From positions 1-64,000 of the IMG/VR virus record IMGVR_UViG_3300047297_000301: a DNA stretch of 64,000 bases. One strand, written 5' to 3'. The position numbers and the translations under genes were made by a program. Under the pieces are notes generated by a model. The model was not told the DNA's origin and ran no database searches. It saw nothing but the letters and a program-made list of their open reading frames with translations. Below are positions 9,301-19,700 of this stretch, piece after piece. Numbering within the stretch: position 1 is the stretch's first letter; each line of letters begins with the position of its first letter. The stretch is from a virus.

Positions 9301-11035
9301 TATAGATGCTGCTACTGTTGAGTCTGCTCTTGGTCGAGCCGAAACGCAAGACGAGATAGATAGCTTAACAGCACAAGGCAAAGCTCTCGCAGCATTTAGT
9401 GAAATACTGAGAAAGGGCCCTGATAAAACTGGTAGGCTGCCTTTTCAATCTACCGGTACTGAAGAAGGCGACGCATTTTTGCAGGCTAGATTGCAAAAAG
9501 TTGGTCTTAGTATGGCTACGCAACAAGCTACAAAAATAGGCCTACGAGCCCAACAGGGTGCTAATACAATTACTGGTGAAAGAGAAAGAATTGGTGGCAG
9601 ATTCCAAGACATATCAAAAATAAGTGGCCTAGAAGATAATATTTCACAGCAAAAATTAACTCAATTAAATACTCAAAACAGTCTTAACAATGCTAGTACT
9701 GAAAACTCTCTTAAAGCAGCAGCAAGTTTAGAAGCAGAAGCATTAAACAATAAACAATACTTAGAACGCTTAGAAATTCGAAACAAAATTAATGATGCAA
9801 GTAAACAAGAAGCTGCAAGTAGGGACGACGAAAAAGCAAGGTACACCGAAGAAATTGCTTTCCAAACAAAAGTATTAGATCTCACAGAAAAACGTCAAAA
9901 AATAGAAACAGACAACAAAACCGAGCAGGATAGGATCAAACTTATAGAGCTACAGTTTAATAAAGAAAAACTTGTTAGAGACACTAAATCGCAAGCTGAT
10001 GAAAATGCTTTAAAAATGACAGCAGCACTATTAGGTGCTGACCAAGAAATGTATAATGTTCAATTATCCTTAGGCATTGTATATGGTCAACAAGCTGAGT
10101 CTCAAAGAAAATACCTTGAATACGCTAAATTATCTAATGAAATATCTCAATCTGAGTTAACGCTACAAAAAGCACGATCTGATGCTTTAGCGACAATTGA
10201 TAACACACTAGCTAAGCTTGATCCTAAAGATAAATTCTACGAAGAAAGAAAATCACAGCTTGCTGAAGAAAAAACTGCAATAGAAGCTAAATTCACTTCT
10301 GAAAAAACAGCCTTACAAATAACTAATGATGGTCGCAGAAATGCTTTAAACCTAACGCAGTCTTTAACAGATCGCCAATTAGCTTATGGTGAAGTATTTA
10401 AGCAAAGCTTTGACCAAATGGGTAATGCACTAATTGAGTTTACTAAAACTGGTAAATTAAACTTCAAAGGTTTAATTGACTCAATGATTGAAGGGTTAAT
10501 TCGTTATGAAATGGCAGAACAGTCAAAAATGGTGTATGGTGCATTTAGACCAGCTTTAATGGCCGGTATTAGTAGTTTTTTCGGGCCTACAATGTCCCCA
10601 CAACAACTAGCTACTTCTGCAAATGCATTTAATATAAATGCCAAGGGTGGAGTTTATAATACTGGATTAACAACATTTGCCAAAGGCGGAATGTTTACTA
10701 ATTCAATAGTAAGTTCTCCTACTTTGTTTAAATTTGCTAAAGGTGCTGGCTTAATGGGTGAAGCAGGACCAGAAGCTATTATGCCCCTAAAGCGTGACGG
10801 CCAAGGAAACTTGGGAGTTCGTGCAGGTGGAGGCGGCGGTAGTGTTGATGTAGTTGTTAATAATTACGGTAATCAGCAAGCTACCACAAAAGAAACCACT
10901 GATTCACGCGGAAATCGTAAGATCGAAGTTATTATTGGCGATATGGTTGCAAGTGAAGTAGCCCGTCCAGGAAGTTCAGTTCAACAGTCGCTAGCAGGTA
11001 GTTTTAATAATAGGCCCGCATTAGCAAGGAGATAA
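6305..11035 (+). CDS. Tape measure protein
   Basis: 1576 aa helical, Ala-rich. T5 pb2-like N-terminus (GLVRLYATYAANLFA; GISKLEPELLDELG). Lambda-type TMP C-terminus (FAKGG...MGEAGPEAIMPLKR). Confidence 0.93.
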   Translation: MANNDTAVLYIKLSDLGTISASHKDLKAFKGTFDSLQKDMNRPAGKGKGGWKNAMMGSNEYDVARGSAGATGASGRDFANQARGLDGLVRLYATYAANLFAAGAAFRALSNAADTTNMIKGMDQLGASSGQALGTIAKRLVSVTDGAISMRESIEATTKGTAAGLSSKQMEQLGMVANKASKALGVAMPDAISRLTRGISKLEPELLDELGLFTKIGPATENYARSIGKTANSLSDFERRQAFATAVLKEGLDKFSAIDVSANPYDRLLASLQNLGQGALEVVNKVLTPLVNVLTQNPTALLAVIAAIGASILKSAIPALGQYRQNLQNAANESRMVFTKIYSDQQEKLGALADSAGAAAAEAYKKGAPTIAKIAELEKSAKGFSKGRKDFAALAGKDPFAITPEEIKSLENRARYLKGRNDAEAQALTLHLGKLKAIRAGAAAAFDTASEGLIKGTEPGYTTPGSNDIINKRTLNKLASESIRSTTAETQAIYGSRAAYAKLNEQIALARDNKLKIITRYDEEGKAVVESTGKMGKLQAGYTRVAGVVGIVGQKIGSLISAFGIYGIVAGVVLQALSMLDSAFSKVGKQTEDFNKALDGSKDAVDNVTRTLDTLNRKGSSSTISGISALSNAMNELTSATDGSVDAAEKLKQAIAAGGWYDELRESVLGIFGKDVDTQLAKTLAASLQSTRTILRRTDIGSDTDQKLKDVLGVEELDIKSVTEAFKSGKITVDKYLQIQKMLNTALGNSSSKLNAFKTATENSNKAYQEFIQSTANTNPLFKLGSSLQEVSIAMGDTLKGGVDSLNAAFNDLTNNPEKAALFGEAFVNSFVAIRTEFKSTFDAVAKNRDVMAQYQGKIEDAQKALKDLQENSKGIFALPGRNQIQQEKKAEKNLENLLRSQTEDAMVIDTSVFIKARALFVSGVGAAFSEGAKIIDKALGQASAKAALTLAQARSGALSGERAALESARLKDEELKIQLAAVDLNMELIGSQERLIASIDAATVESALGRAETQDEIDSLTAQGKALAAFSEILRKGPDKTGRLPFQSTGTEEGDAFLQARLQKVGLSMATQQATKIGLRAQQGANTITGERERIGGRFQDISKISGLEDNISQQKLTQLNTQNSLNNASTENSLKAAASLEAEALNNKQYLERLEIRNKINDASKQEAASRDDEKARYTEEIAFQTKVLDLTEKRQKIETDNKTEQDRIKLIELQFNKEKLVRDTKSQADENALKMTAALLGADQEMYNVQLSLGIVYGQQAESQRKYLEYAKLSNEISQSELTLQKARSDALATIDNTLAKLDPKDKFYEERKSQLAEEKTAIEAKFTSEKTALQITNDGRRNALNLTQSLTDRQLAYGEVFKQSFDQMGNALIEFTKTGKLNFKGLIDSMIEGLIRYEMAEQSKMVYGAFRPALMAGISSFFGPTMSPQQLATSANAFNINAKGGVYNTGLTTFAKGGMFTNSIVSSPTLFKFAKGAGLMGEAGPEAIMPLKRDGQGNLGVRAGGGGGSVDVVVNNYGNQQATTKETTDSRGNRKIEVIIGDMVASEVARPGSSVQQSLAGSFNNRPALARR

Positions 11036-11037
11036 GT

Positions 11038-11403
11038 ATGCCAATTCCCTCATGGGCTAGTCAAGCACTACCACAAGTACCGCAAAAAGGATTTTCAGAG
11101 TCTTTGGGTTTGAACATTATACGTTCAAACCCGGACGCTGGTCCTGCAAAAATGCGTCGTAAAGGTACTCGCGTTAATACAATGGATTTATCCTTTATTA
11201 TGACAACTGCACAGTGTGCAACCTTAGAAACTTTTATTGAAGATACTTTACTGGGCGTTAAACGATTTACATTTCCACATCCACGTACTTTTACAAACGT
11301 AGAAGTACGTATAGTTCCTAGTTCTGATGGTGAGTTCTTTAAACTGCAGTACTTAGCACCAGGTTTCTGGAATACCTCCTTAAAGTTTGAAATACTACCA
11401 TAA
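11038..11403 (+). CDS. Distal tail / minor tail protein (gpM/Dit-like)
   Basis: 121 aa directly after TMP; IRSNPDAGPAKMRR...GVKRFTFPHP. Confidence 0.7.
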   Translation: MPIPSWASQALPQVPQKGFSESLGLNIIRSNPDAGPAKMRRKGTRVNTMDLSFIMTTAQCATLETFIEDTLLGVKRFTFPHPRTFTNVEVRIVPSSDGEFFKLQYLAPGFWNTSLKFEILP

Positions 11404-11945
11404 TGAGCAGATTAAGTAGACTATCACCACAAGCAATTCGTGCTATGTTTTCGTCTGAAACAGATGAACAGCTTATAATGTTGCTGACAATTTATGATCC
11501 AAACGGCAATACTAGCCCTACAGCCCCAACAACACCTATTAGACTAAGTGATAACTATACTCAAAGGTTATCTTCTACAACAGACGATGAAGTAGTTTAT
11601 GGAGTAGTAAGCCGATCTAATGAATATGTGTTTTTGCCAATGACCCTAAACTTGCCTAATGAAAATGACAGCGGTATGGGTGATTGCTCAATTTCTTTTA
11701 ACTTTGTTACGCCTGAGATGATTACTATTATTCGTAGTCACCTAATGTCACGAACAAAAGTTTTAATAGAACTAGTAGTTTCTAGTAATTTAGACTATGT
11801 AGAAGCTTCACTGCAGAACTTTTATATTACAACAGCAAGTTACAATGCTGAAAGCGTTACCTTAAACTTAAGTATGGTTAACTACAATACTGAGCCATTC
11901 CCTAGTTTTAGTTTTACACCTAACTATTTTCCAGGACTATTTTAA
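11403..11945 (+). CDS. Minor tail tip protein (DUF1833-like)
   Basis: AMFSSETDEQLIMLLTI...GVVSRSNEYVFLPMTLNLP...FTPNYFPGLF. Confidence 0.75.
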   Translation: MSRLSRLSPQAIRAMFSSETDEQLIMLLTIYDPNGNTSPTAPTTPIRLSDNYTQRLSSTTDDEVVYGVVSRSNEYVFLPMTLNLPNENDSGMGDCSISFNFVTPEMITIIRSHLMSRTKVLIELVVSSNLDYVEASLQNFYITTASYNAESVTLNLSMVNYNTEPFPSFSFTPNYFPGLF

Positions 11946-14900
11946 TGAATTATGATAAATATATTGGATTACGATATTTAGACAATGGCAGAACTGAAAG
12001 TGGAGTTGACTGCTGGGGATTAGCTCGCCTATTTTATAAGGGTGAGTATGGTATAGACTTACCCAGCTATTCAGAAGAATACTCAGGCGGAACTGACCCA
12101 CGTATCCTACAAACGGTAGAGCTGTATAAGGATAACTGGGAAGAAAGTGCCCAACCAGAAGCGGGAGACTTGTGTCTTTTTAACATGCTTGGTGAGCCTA
12201 TGCATGTGGGTGTATATGTAGGCAACAACAAGTTTTTACACTGTCGTAGTGGCAGTGACTCAGTTATTGAATCGTTGTCTAACTTAAAGTGGAAAAACCG
12301 TTTTGTAGCTTTTTATAAGTATGCTCCGCAAGCACAAGTGCAAGCGGTTGGAGTTCCGCACCCATTAAAATTAAGCGTATATCGCGACTGGACAGTAGCA
12401 GGTACTACTGTTCAGGACTTTGTGGATTTTGTAAAATCCAAGTATACCGTAAGCAGTGAAATAGTTAGTAAAATAGTCATTATGTTAGATGGGGTAATTG
12501 TACCTAAAGCTAACTGGTCGACTACTGTGGTACAAGCTGGCCAAGAAATAGCTTATAAGAGCGTGGCCGAAGGTACGTCAACCAAGCGACTGCTGATAAC
12601 ACTTGCGGCAATTGCAATTACTGCTACCCTTGGACCTACAGGGTTAGAAAGTTTAGGTACTAGCATAGGTTCTTCCGTTGGAGTTACTGGTCTAACGGCA
12701 GGACAAGCAATTGCAGTAGCAAGTGTATCTATCCAAGTAGGCAGCATGGTTTTGCAAAATGTTATTGCACCTATTCGCCCACCCAGAACAAATGATCCTG
12801 GCAGTGCAAATGCCATGAACTTACTTAACGGACAAGCTAATCAAGCTAGTCCGTTTAACGCTATACCCGTTGTACTAGGAAAAGTACGATTTTCAGGAAT
12901 GTTAGGTGCTACTCCTTACGTAGAGTCACTAACAGAAACAAATATTTTAAACAGTGTTGTAGTGTGGGGGTTTGGCCCACTTTCAATTAAAGATGTTAAT
13001 ATTGGGTCAAAGCCTATAGATGATTTCTACTATGGTGAACCAGTTAGTGTACCCAGACCTATTACAATACAAGGTTTTGCCCGCGACTATGTACTTGGTG
13101 CCGCAGGAGGCATAGATGGGACTTTTAACAATCAATATGGTCGTGATGTTGAACAACGCCCAGTTAACCTAGAATTAACAAATAACGCTACTAATGTAAC
13201 TGCTAGTCATCCAGGCACAAGAAAATGGCAGCAGGTTAATCTTGTGCAAAATGCAGACGCTATTGATATTGTGCTATCTTTTCCCGAAGGTATGCGTAAG
13301 ATCAATACTAAAACTGGTGACATTGGCGTTACCACTTGCGGTGTAGAAATTCAGATGCGGCAGTATCAGGCAGGTGAGTGGGCCGAGGAAGACTCAAGCT
13401 CCTCGGTAAACGTATATAGTTTTAAACCAGGCGATACCCAAGCATTTCAATTGTTTACAATGAGTCCTCCTGGTGGTTTGGAAGTTCAGTTATACAGATA
13501 CACTACGTTCTGTTTATCACCCAGCGGTGGAATAAGCAGATTTGATGGGGCAGCTACCGAAACTCTAGGGCAAGATGCTAACCCGGAAATACAAGCAGAA
13601 TATGCTAAAACCAGCTATGCTTCGCTTGTGGGTACGTCCGGTACAAAAACCTACAAGCCACAAATAGCTCCTGGATACTTACCACTATATGAAGTATATC
13701 AAAGTTCAAACGGAACCATTACACCAGTAGGCACATCACAGCCCGTAGACTCCTATAGCGGTAAGTCAGGTTTACAGTACTCAGTGATTGAAACTCTAGA
13801 ATCTACTGGTAGTGGAATGGATACTGTTTGGGATACTTCTGCAATCAAAACTGTAAAAATAACATCAGGCAGAGTTTATGCTGATGCTAGCGGTGTTGAT
13901 TTAACAGCTGCTGCTGTAGAGGTGTGGAGCACTAAAACTTTATTTGGCGTAGCAGGAATAGACAGAAAAAGCAGTGGCGGAAAGTGGAGTCCATTTTTAC
14001 AAGACTTTGGTATCTGGGGTACTACAGATACAACTCCTGCTGCAACTCCTGAAAATCCTAATGCCTATGGAGGTAGTTGGTTATATAATGTACCCTCATT
14101 TTACTTTCCATATACAGGCTATTATGAAGTAACTGCTGCATGTGATGATCAAGGCGAAATTTTAATTGATGGTATACGTGCTGTACAGATTCCTAAATCT
14201 GGCGAAAAGAATACAATTGCAGCAATACAAGGCTTGATTAAACTAACAGCAGGTTTTCACAGTATTACTTTAAGTGGTGTTAATAATCAAGCCAATGATA
14301 AGGGTCTTGGCGCGCTGATTACCTATACAGCTAATAACGGTGTTAACATACAGCCTAGTCAAAACACTATTCTTACTTTTGGTACAGGTGCGTGGTTTGA
14401 AAGACGCAAAGACGCATTTAACTGGGTACACTCTGTAGAAAATCTACCAAGAGGTAGATATCAAGTACGTGTTCGTCGTACAAATTCAGACGAAACCGAA
14501 GATGAAGTCGATCAAAAGAAATTCCATAAAGCAATACTAGCAAACGTTACAGCATACGATAGCGAAAAGTTGCCTATGGTAAATCCACCAGGTACTTATC
14601 TAGCAAAAACAGGAATACGAGTCCAAAGCAGTAATAAAGTAAATGGACAGATTGATGGTATCAATGCACTGGTGCACACAATTACATGGGACTATGATAG
14701 AACCACAAGTAGTTGGGAAAACTTGCGCGAAACTAATAATCCTGCTAGTTTATTTGCATACGTATTAATGCATCCTGCAAATGCTTTTAGAGTTACTCCT
14801 TCAGAACTAGACATTCCTAGTTTAACAGCTTGGCATAACTTTTGCAATCCTGTAGCACAAACTGTAGCTACACCTAGTATGCAAAAAGGTCGTTATTATA

Positions 14901-16705
14901 CTATTAAAAGTTTAGGAACAACTACACAAGCATCCTGGAATATTTTAGCTGGAACTACTGGTGCGGTATACGTCGTTGGCAATTCATTTGAAGTAAAAGT
15001 TACTGGCGGACAGCCAGGAACTGGAACTGTAACCTATGCACCTAAATTTACTTATAACAGTGTTTTAAGTAGCACACAAAGTGTTATGGATACGCTGCGA
15101 GATATTTGCGCAGCAGGCAAAGCTAGCCCTACTTACATTGATGGTAAATGGGGTGTTGTAATTGATACCGAACGCACACATACAGTTCAGCATTTTACTG
15201 AGCATAATAGTTGGGGTTTTGAAGCTACGAAAATTTTACCAATATTACCACACGCTTTTCGTATTACTATTAGCGACGAAGATTTAGCTTATCAAACTAA
15301 TGAAATTATTGTCTACAACTATGGTTATGGGCCAACTACAGAAGGTGGTAAAATAGGTGCTACACTGTTTGAACAGCTTAACTTGCCTGGAGTTACAAAC
15401 GCAGATCAAGCTACTCGTTTAGCAAGATGGCACTTTGCTCAGTTAAAACTACGACCAGAAGTTTACACAATTAATGTAGATTTTGAACACTTGGTGTGTA
15501 CTCGTGGAGATAAGGTAAAGATTAGTCACAGTGTGCCTCAGTGGGGTATTGGCAGCGGACGCTTAGGTCTTGGAGTTGGAGATACGGTAACAGGTACTGC
15601 TCTAACACTAACAGAACCAGTACTTTTAACAAACAACACTAATTACAGTATTCTTATTCGTACAAATAATATAACTAGTACTCCTGGCACTGGTAGTGTT
15701 ATTAGAAACTTTTTATACACCGGAACTACTGGATATACTAGTACAATTACAGTGCCTGAAATATTAAGTACTGATGGTGTAAAAACTGATAACTTATTTA
15801 TGATAGGTTTAGCAAATATTAGTACGCAAGAATGTATTGTTACTGCTATTGAGCCTAGTAACGAATACAGCGCAAGGTTAACTCTTGTAGACTATTCTCC
15901 AGAAATATACACAGCAGACTTAACAGACTTACTGACATTTAATCCAAAAATGTCACTTAGTAATATTGCTATTGTTAAAACTACAATTACAAAATCGCCT
16001 ATTATTACAAGTATAAATAGTACAAGTGCTCAAAGTAATCAACTTGCCAGTGGAAATTATCAAAATAAAGCTATTGTAGCATTTACAAATCCGCAAGATT
16101 TACCAGCTGTTGCCTCCAAAGTACAGTTTGATATAATTGATGGAGATGTGTCTGCTTGGGATAGTAATCCTGGTACACTGTATGAGATTGATAAAAATAA
16201 CAGCACCTTTGAATTTGTTAACTTAACTTCTAACAAAAACTATAAAGTACGAGCCCGGTATACAAACGCTGATCGTACAATTTGTGGTCCTTGGTCACAA
16301 GATTTTGCTTTCAATAATGACGGTAAAAACAGAAACTTCCAAACTCCACCAGCAATTGCACTAGATTTAGAAAATACATATATTGTGGCAGATCCTACAA
16401 TAGTATCTAATTCTGCAGAAATTGCAGGATATGCTTACAGATTGTATAGAGATAGCGGTACTCTGGATTTATGGGACACTACACCTATTATTCCAGAAGT
16501 AATAAATAACGGACAAGGCAGGTTAAATCTACTCGACATACCAGTAACTTCGACTAGTCATCGAATCTCGGCAGACGGAGTAATTTACAGAGTAGCATGC
16601 AGAGTTGTAGATAAGCTCGGTAATTATAGTGACACAAGCAGTTATGGTACAACCGTAGCGAATAATGTTACCTATAACTACATAAAAATTAAAACAATTG
16701 TTTAA
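11945..16705 (+). CDS. Tail tip protein: NlpC/P60 domain fused to gpI-like and gpJ-like (host specificity) regions
   Basis: GVDCWGL...HVGVY...FLH catalytic motifs, then IPVVLGK, LSFPEG, YQVRVRR, TNNPA, RGDKVKISH and a C-terminal FN3-like region. Confidence 0.85.
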   Translation: MNYDKYIGLRYLDNGRTESGVDCWGLARLFYKGEYGIDLPSYSEEYSGGTDPRILQTVELYKDNWEESAQPEAGDLCLFNMLGEPMHVGVYVGNNKFLHCRSGSDSVIESLSNLKWKNRFVAFYKYAPQAQVQAVGVPHPLKLSVYRDWTVAGTTVQDFVDFVKSKYTVSSEIVSKIVIMLDGVIVPKANWSTTVVQAGQEIAYKSVAEGTSTKRLLITLAAIAITATLGPTGLESLGTSIGSSVGVTGLTAGQAIAVASVSIQVGSMVLQNVIAPIRPPRTNDPGSANAMNLLNGQANQASPFNAIPVVLGKVRFSGMLGATPYVESLTETNILNSVVVWGFGPLSIKDVNIGSKPIDDFYYGEPVSVPRPITIQGFARDYVLGAAGGIDGTFNNQYGRDVEQRPVNLELTNNATNVTASHPGTRKWQQVNLVQNADAIDIVLSFPEGMRKINTKTGDIGVTTCGVEIQMRQYQAGEWAEEDSSSSVNVYSFKPGDTQAFQLFTMSPPGGLEVQLYRYTTFCLSPSGGISRFDGAATETLGQDANPEIQAEYAKTSYASLVGTSGTKTYKPQIAPGYLPLYEVYQSSNGTITPVGTSQPVDSYSGKSGLQYSVIETLESTGSGMDTVWDTSAIKTVKITSGRVYADASGVDLTAAAVEVWSTKTLFGVAGIDRKSSGGKWSPFLQDFGIWGTTDTTPAATPENPNAYGGSWLYNVPSFYFPYTGYYEVTAACDDQGEILIDGIRAVQIPKSGEKNTIAAIQGLIKLTAGFHSITLSGVNNQANDKGLGALITYTANNGVNIQPSQNTILTFGTGAWFERRKDAFNWVHSVENLPRGRYQVRVRRTNSDETEDEVDQKKFHKAILANVTAYDSEKLPMVNPPGTYLAKTGIRVQSSNKVNGQIDGINALVHTITWDYDRTTSSWENLRETNNPASLFAYVLMHPANAFRVTPSELDIPSLTAWHNFCNPVAQTVATPSMQKGRYYTIKSLGTTTQASWNILAGTTGAVYVVGNSFEVKVTGGQPGTGTVTYAPKFTYNSVLSSTQSVMDTLRDICAAGKASPTYIDGKWGVVIDTERTHTVQHFTEHNSWGFEATKILPILPHAFRITISDEDLAYQTNEIIVYNYGYGPTTEGGKIGATLFEQLNLPGVTNADQATRLARWHFAQLKLRPEVYTINVDFEHLVCTRGDKVKISHSVPQWGIGSGRLGLGVGDTVTGTALTLTEPVLLTNNTNYSILIRTNNITSTPGTGSVIRNFLYTGTTGYTSTITVPEILSTDGVKTDNLFMIGLANISTQECIVTAIEPSNEYSARLTLVDYSPEIYTADLTDLLTFNPKMSLSNIAIVKTTITKSPIITSINSTSAQSNQLASGNYQNKAIVAFTNPQDLPAVASKVQFDIIDGDVSAWDSNPGTLYEIDKNNSTFEFVNLTSNKNYKVRARYTNADRTICGPWSQDFAFNNDGKNRNFQTPPAIALDLENTYIVADPTIVSNSAEIAGYAYRLYRDSGTLDLWDTTPIIPEVINNGQGRLNLLDIPVTSTSHRISADGVIYRVACRVVDKLGNYSDTSSYGTTVANNVTYNYIKIKTIV

Positions 16706-16714
16706 GGGATAAAT

Positions 16715-19700
16715 ATGGCAGCAAGCTTATCCGCAGGTGTAAATTCCCTAATATTAAAATTAGATACTCCTTATGATAGTATCAGAACCTATGACATTAG
16801 GGATGACTTAGTCAAAGTAAAAGTATGGTGTTCTACTTCAGTAAGTTTTACTCCGTCAGATAGTAATCTAGTATTTGATGCTAGTGGCCTGTCTATTATT
16901 ATATCGTCTATACCCAATGGCACGCCTACACCAACTCCGTTGGTGGCAGGCACAACATACTATGTAAAGTATGCTTTTATTAGTGCTATTGAAGAATCTG
17001 AATATAGTATTTTATCACCAACTCCGGCCTTTGCAGCCCCTGTTCAAGGAGCTGCAGGCAGCAGTGTTGCTATAGTATTTAAACGTAGTGCTATTCAGCC
17101 ACAAACTCCTGAACCCAGTGCTAGTACACCTGGGGGCTGGTATCCTGACGTAACTAGTGTACCAGTTGGTACTGATGCCATTTGGGCCAGTGTTGGTTCA
17201 AAATCAAGTACTGCAACTTTATTTACTTGGCAAACTCCCGTTCGTATTGAAGGCGAAGGTGGGGTTCGTGGCGATAGTGCTCGTATTGCCTATAAAACTC
17301 AAGGTCAACAGTTAGCTGCACCAACAATCAGCGAACTAAATAGTCAAACTACAGGAAATACTACTTATCCATCTGGTTGGTCAGGAACTATTACTACACC
17401 ACTAGCAGGACAAAGTCTTTGGGCAGTAGACGGCATTTTTAATACTCCTTCAAATACTACAACGTGGGGCACACCTTATTTAACACAAGGTTTTCCTACT
17501 ACTATTCAAAGTGATAACTACAATGCTACAACATTAGGTTGGCAAATTCAACGAGATACTGGTAATGCTTTCTTTAATAATGTTACAGCACGTGGTAGTC
17601 TTATTACTGGCGATATTGCAGCTCAGCGCATTGAGATTAATAAAGTTGTTACACCTGGAACTGCAACCGTTCAACAAGTTGGCACTAATAGGCTAGAAGC
17701 TTTTTCCAGCAACAATATCCGATTCTTAACCTTAGGCGGCTCAGGCGGAACTACACAAGATACTGCAGTTATTGGTATTAGTGCAAATAACAATGTTATA
17801 AATCCTGTTTGGATTGAAAGCAGCGCTAATATTGGTTCCAATATCTTAAGTAACACTTTGGGTAAAGCTAATGCTATATCTTCAGTATCTAATAACGGCG
17901 GACGATTATTTTACGGGTATGTAACAGGACCAGGATCAGAGGCCCCTAAAGACGCTTTTCAAATTGACGTAAATAGCCCCAATCATACTGGGAACGCGGT
18001 TACCATAAATATGGGCACCAGTACAGGATCTGCTATTTCTGTTGGCGGTAGTGGGGATGGCTATGCAATTGACGCAGTTACAAACACTAGTGGAGTTGCA
18101 GGTAGTAAATCCGGTATTGCTTATTTTCGTGGAATAGACTTTCCTACAACTCAAGCCATACTTACTGGAAGCGGCTCACAAGCAAAGATTACAGTTAATT
18201 TTACTAATTTAAATACTGTTGTTGGACCACTACTATACTCATTTACACTAGAAAATATATCCTATAGTTTCCAACTAGAGTATGACGTTGAAACTTTCAA
18301 TGAATTACCATTATTTGTTAGTGCTATTGCTGCTGGCATAAATAATACGTGGCAAGTATCAACTCCAATTGGTGCAACACTTGCCTCTGGTAGCTTTATT
18401 CTTACAAAGCCAACAGTTGGTGTAGCTACTGGCACAAATTCTGGATCTATAGGTACTTTTACTGGAACGTTTAATAACGGTAGCGCCCCTACTTATACTA
18501 CAAGTAATACTAAAGTTAGGCTTACTCCCTTTCCAAACGAAATCACAAAAGTATTACGCGGAGACGGATCTTGGGGAACTGTTGCAGGTTCGGGTGGATA
18601 TGTAGATCTTCGATATAGTGTTCGTGACTATGGCGCCAAAGGCGATAATAGTACTGACGACACAGCAGCTATTCAAGCCACTATTAACATGGCAAGAACT
18701 ACAGGTGGAACAGTTTACTTCCCACGTGGAGTATATGTTATTACTACTAGTTTAACATATAGTGCTATTGCAGGAAATGATCCAATTTATAGGGTTCATT
18801 TTGCTGGAGATGGTATTGGGGCAAGTTTAATTCGTCAAATTAATACTGGCGATGGGTTGGTTATTACAGGATATACAGGTACACCAATAAATCCAAACCT
18901 TTATACGCACATTTCTGACCTTCAGTTTGTGGGTTCAGGTAGCGGACAAGGTTTAAGTATAACCAATGGTGCTTATGTATATGTTGAAGCCTGCCACTTT
19001 ACAAATTGGGCATATGGTTTTTATGGAGCTAACTTTTTAAGCTCTACATTTACAGCTTGCGCTTTCCGCTTTAATCAACGCGGATTTGTAATCGAACGTA
19101 TACCTGGAGGTAATTACGCTAGTAGTCCAAATGCTCTTACAATGTTAAATTGTGAGATAGGTGCTAATTCACTGTTTGGTGGATGGGTACTTGGTCCTGG
19201 TGTATTTACTATGCAGGGCGGGGCTATTGAAGGTAATGGTACTACATCAGGCAGTACTTCAAACTGGGGCTTAAAGATTAGCGAACCAAGTGGTTCTACT
19301 GCAATAGAAAGCGCTGTCGGTATTTCACTTGATGGTGTTTACTTTGAAGTTAACTCAGGTATTGCCGATCTATGGATTGAAAGTTCTTCTGCAAAGCCAG
19401 GCGTAACAAATAATATTAATGGTTGCAGTTTTGTACGAGTAGCCAGTAATTATCCAACATACAGTGTTCTAGTGTATGCCTCTACACCGGCTGACAGTTA
19501 TAATAACGTTATTAGTGGTTGTGGATTTAAAGGCATAGGAGGATATACTCCAAGCACTAGTCGCATGACTATTTCAAACTATAATACTAAAGTACAGTTA
19601 TTAGGTTGTAGTTTTGACAGTGTAGTAGATGCTTATGTTACCGGAGACGAAAATCAGTTTGAAAGCGCTTTGCGTGTACCAGATATTAAAGATCTTAGTG

